64,000 bases of DNA from the human T2T-CHM13v2.0 reference genome, Homo sapiens. Numbering within the stretch: the first letter of the stretch is position 1; the number at the start of each line of letters is the position of its first letter. The position numbers and the translations under genes are program-made. The notes beneath the pieces are model-generated. The model was not told the DNA's origin and ran no database searches. It saw nothing but the letters and a program-made list of their open reading frames with translations. Location: assembly GCF_009914755.1 (NCBI RefSeq), contig NC_060928.1; one strand, 5' to 3'. Shown piece by piece: positions 58,149 through 64,000 of this stretch.

Positions 58149-59163
58149 ATGAGGAGAAACCACAGCAGAAATGCTGAAAATTCCAAAAACCAGATCACCT
58201 CTTCTCCTCCAAAGGAACAAAGCTCCTCACCAGCAAGGGAACAAAACTAGATGGAGAATGAGTTTGATGAGTTGACAGAAGTAGGCTTCAGAAGGTCGGT
58301 AATAACAAACTTCTCCAAGCTAAAGGAGCATGTTCTAACCGATCACAAGGAAGCTAAAAACCTTGAAAAAAGGTTAGACGAATGGTTAACTAGAATAAAC
58401 AGTGTAGAGAAGACCTTAAATGATCTGATGGAGCTGAAAACCACAGTACGAGAACTTCGTGAAGAATACACAAGCTTCAATAGCTGATTTGATCAAGCGG
58501 AAGAAAGGATATCAGTGATTGAAGATCAAACTAATGAAACGAAGTGAGACAACAAGATTAGAGAAAACAGTGAAAAATGAACAAAGCTTCCAAGAAATAC
58601 GGGACTATGTGAAAAGACCAATTCTAGGTTTGATTGGTGTACCTGAAAGTGATGGGGAGAATGGAACCAAGTTGGGAAACACTTTTCAGGATATTATCCA
58701 GGAGAACTTCCCCATCCTAGCAAGGCAGGCCAACATTCAAATTCAGGAAATACAGAGAAAACCACAAAGATACTCCTCGAAAAGAGCAACCCCAAGACAC
58801 ACAATTGTCAGATTCACCAAGGTTGAAATGAAGGAAAAAATGTTAAGGACAGCCAGAGAGAAAGGTCGGGTTACCCACAAAGGGAAACCCATCAGACTAA
58901 CAGTGGATCTCTTGGCAGAAACTCTACAAGCCAGAAGAGAGTGGGGGCAGTATTCAACATTCTTAAAGAAAAGAATTTTCAACCCAGAATTTCATATCCA
59001 GCCAAACTACATAAGTGATGAAGAAATAAAATACTTTACAGACAAGCAAATGCTGACAGATTTTGTCACCACTAGGCCTGCCTTACAGGAGCTCCTGAAG
59101 GAAGCACCAAACATGGAGAAGAACAACTCTTAACAGCCACTGCAAAAACATGCCAAATTCTAA
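58149..59163 (+). pseudogene. L1 ORF1p, disrupted by stops and frameshifts
   Basis: ATG at 58149; fragments 58251-58487 (MENEFDELTE..) and 58519-59133 (IGVPESDGENG..IIQENFP..TTRPALQELLKEA); taa at 59161-59163. Confidence 0.9.
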
Positions 59164-59226
59164 AGATCACTGATGGTTTGAAGAAACTACATCAATTAAT
59201 GGGTGAAATAACCAGCTAGCATCATA

Positions 59227-63049
<3,823 letters not shown>

Positions 63050-63278
63050 ACAATGAGAACACATGGACACCAGGAGGGGAACATCACACACCGGGGCCTG
63101 TGGGGGATGGGGGGCTAGGGGAGGGATAACATTAAGAGAAATACCTAATGTAGTTGATGATTTGATGGGTGCAACAAATCACCATGGCACATGTATATCT
63201 ATGTAACAGAACTGCAGGTTCTGCACATGTATCCCAGAACTTAAAGTATAATTAAAAAAAAAAAAAGAAAAAAAGAAA

Positions 63279-63436
63279 TGCTGACTTCAGAGAAACAGGC
63301 TTGGGGAAACAAAACAACACAAAACAAAACAAGCAAACCAGTTAGGATACTTTCTGCTATAAGAAACAGAAAACTCTACTTGAACTGAGTTAAATAAAAA
63401 AGGAAATTTCGCCCCCCCTCCCCCCCCAAAAAAAAA
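63279..63436 (+). other. Candidate L1 3'-transduced segment with second A-tail
   Basis: Lies between the L1 poly(A) and the displaced TSD copy at 63434-63449; AATAAA at 63393-63398. Confidence 0.7.
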
Positions 63437-63449
63437 CATGGAAAGCAAA

Positions 63450-64000
63450 TATAGTGAAGACCTTAAGGGACATGAAAAAATTAAATTATAAGCCAGCAGT
63501 GGGGAAAACCAAGCACTAATCAGGTTAACAATTCAGATTCCCCAAAAGTTGCAAACATTAATAGCACCAATACCTCAGAAAATGGTTACGGAGAGAAGAG
63601 GAAGATACAATGAAGGGGAAAAAGTTAGTGTAAGAATAAACTAGGTTGTTCCCAGATTCCATTCAAGTAGTACCTGCCCTACCATTCTACTATTCTAGAA
63701 GAAGACTGACCAGTTGTTAAAGGATTTCCGGACTTGAGGAAGTATTACACTACAAACAGGTGCATTTAGTGACTGTAAGCACAGTAATGCCTGAGACAAC
63801 AGCCCATGCCCAGGGCTCTTTCATATGTTTATCATATCTCTAGGGCTCATATCTCTAGACCTCCAGAGACCAGAACTTTACTCTCTGGGGAATCTGACCA
63901 GCCCAGGAAAAAAGATTTGAAGATTCAGGACAAATCCTATCTGAATTTCCCAGGCACATCACTCTGCAGTTAAGCTTGCAATTGATAAGATCTAGTGAGG
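63450..64000 (+). mobile_element. Old L1M/HAL1-like 5'-region relic; the host element continues upstream at ~56960-57117
   Basis: aagccagcagtggggaaaaccaag joins logically to aaaccacagggcacatagag...atggaaagca upstream of the L1PA. Confidence 0.4.

Overview
Primate (human-like), AT-rich, repeat-dense genomic DNA, probably intergenic or deep intronic. I recognise no protein-coding exon: the ORF track consists of LINE-1, Alu and LTR fragments plus chance ORFs. The main elements are a near-full-length old L1MA on the minus strand (~365-9748) hosting several nested insertions, a full-length dead L1PA7-like element on the plus strand (57118-~63278), 5'-truncated L1MC/L1PA/L1PB copies, Alus, MaLR/ERV solo LTRs (including LTR12C), L2/MIR relics and many DNA-transposon MITEs. 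Two retrotransposition products stand out. (1) A 5'-truncated U6 snRNA/L1 chimeric retrocopy (6879-8637) with its own TSD, later split by an LTR12C. (2) An apparent ~150-bp 3' transduction behind the full-length L1PA, whose target-site duplication lies beyond a second A-tail. Smaller items are a 50-bp TSD-flanked L1 3'-end 'micro-insertion', an Alu-split MADE1, a perfect 15-bp inverted repeat and a microexon-like splice cassette. Subfamily names are from recalled consensus sequences and need RepeatMasker/Dfam confirmation.
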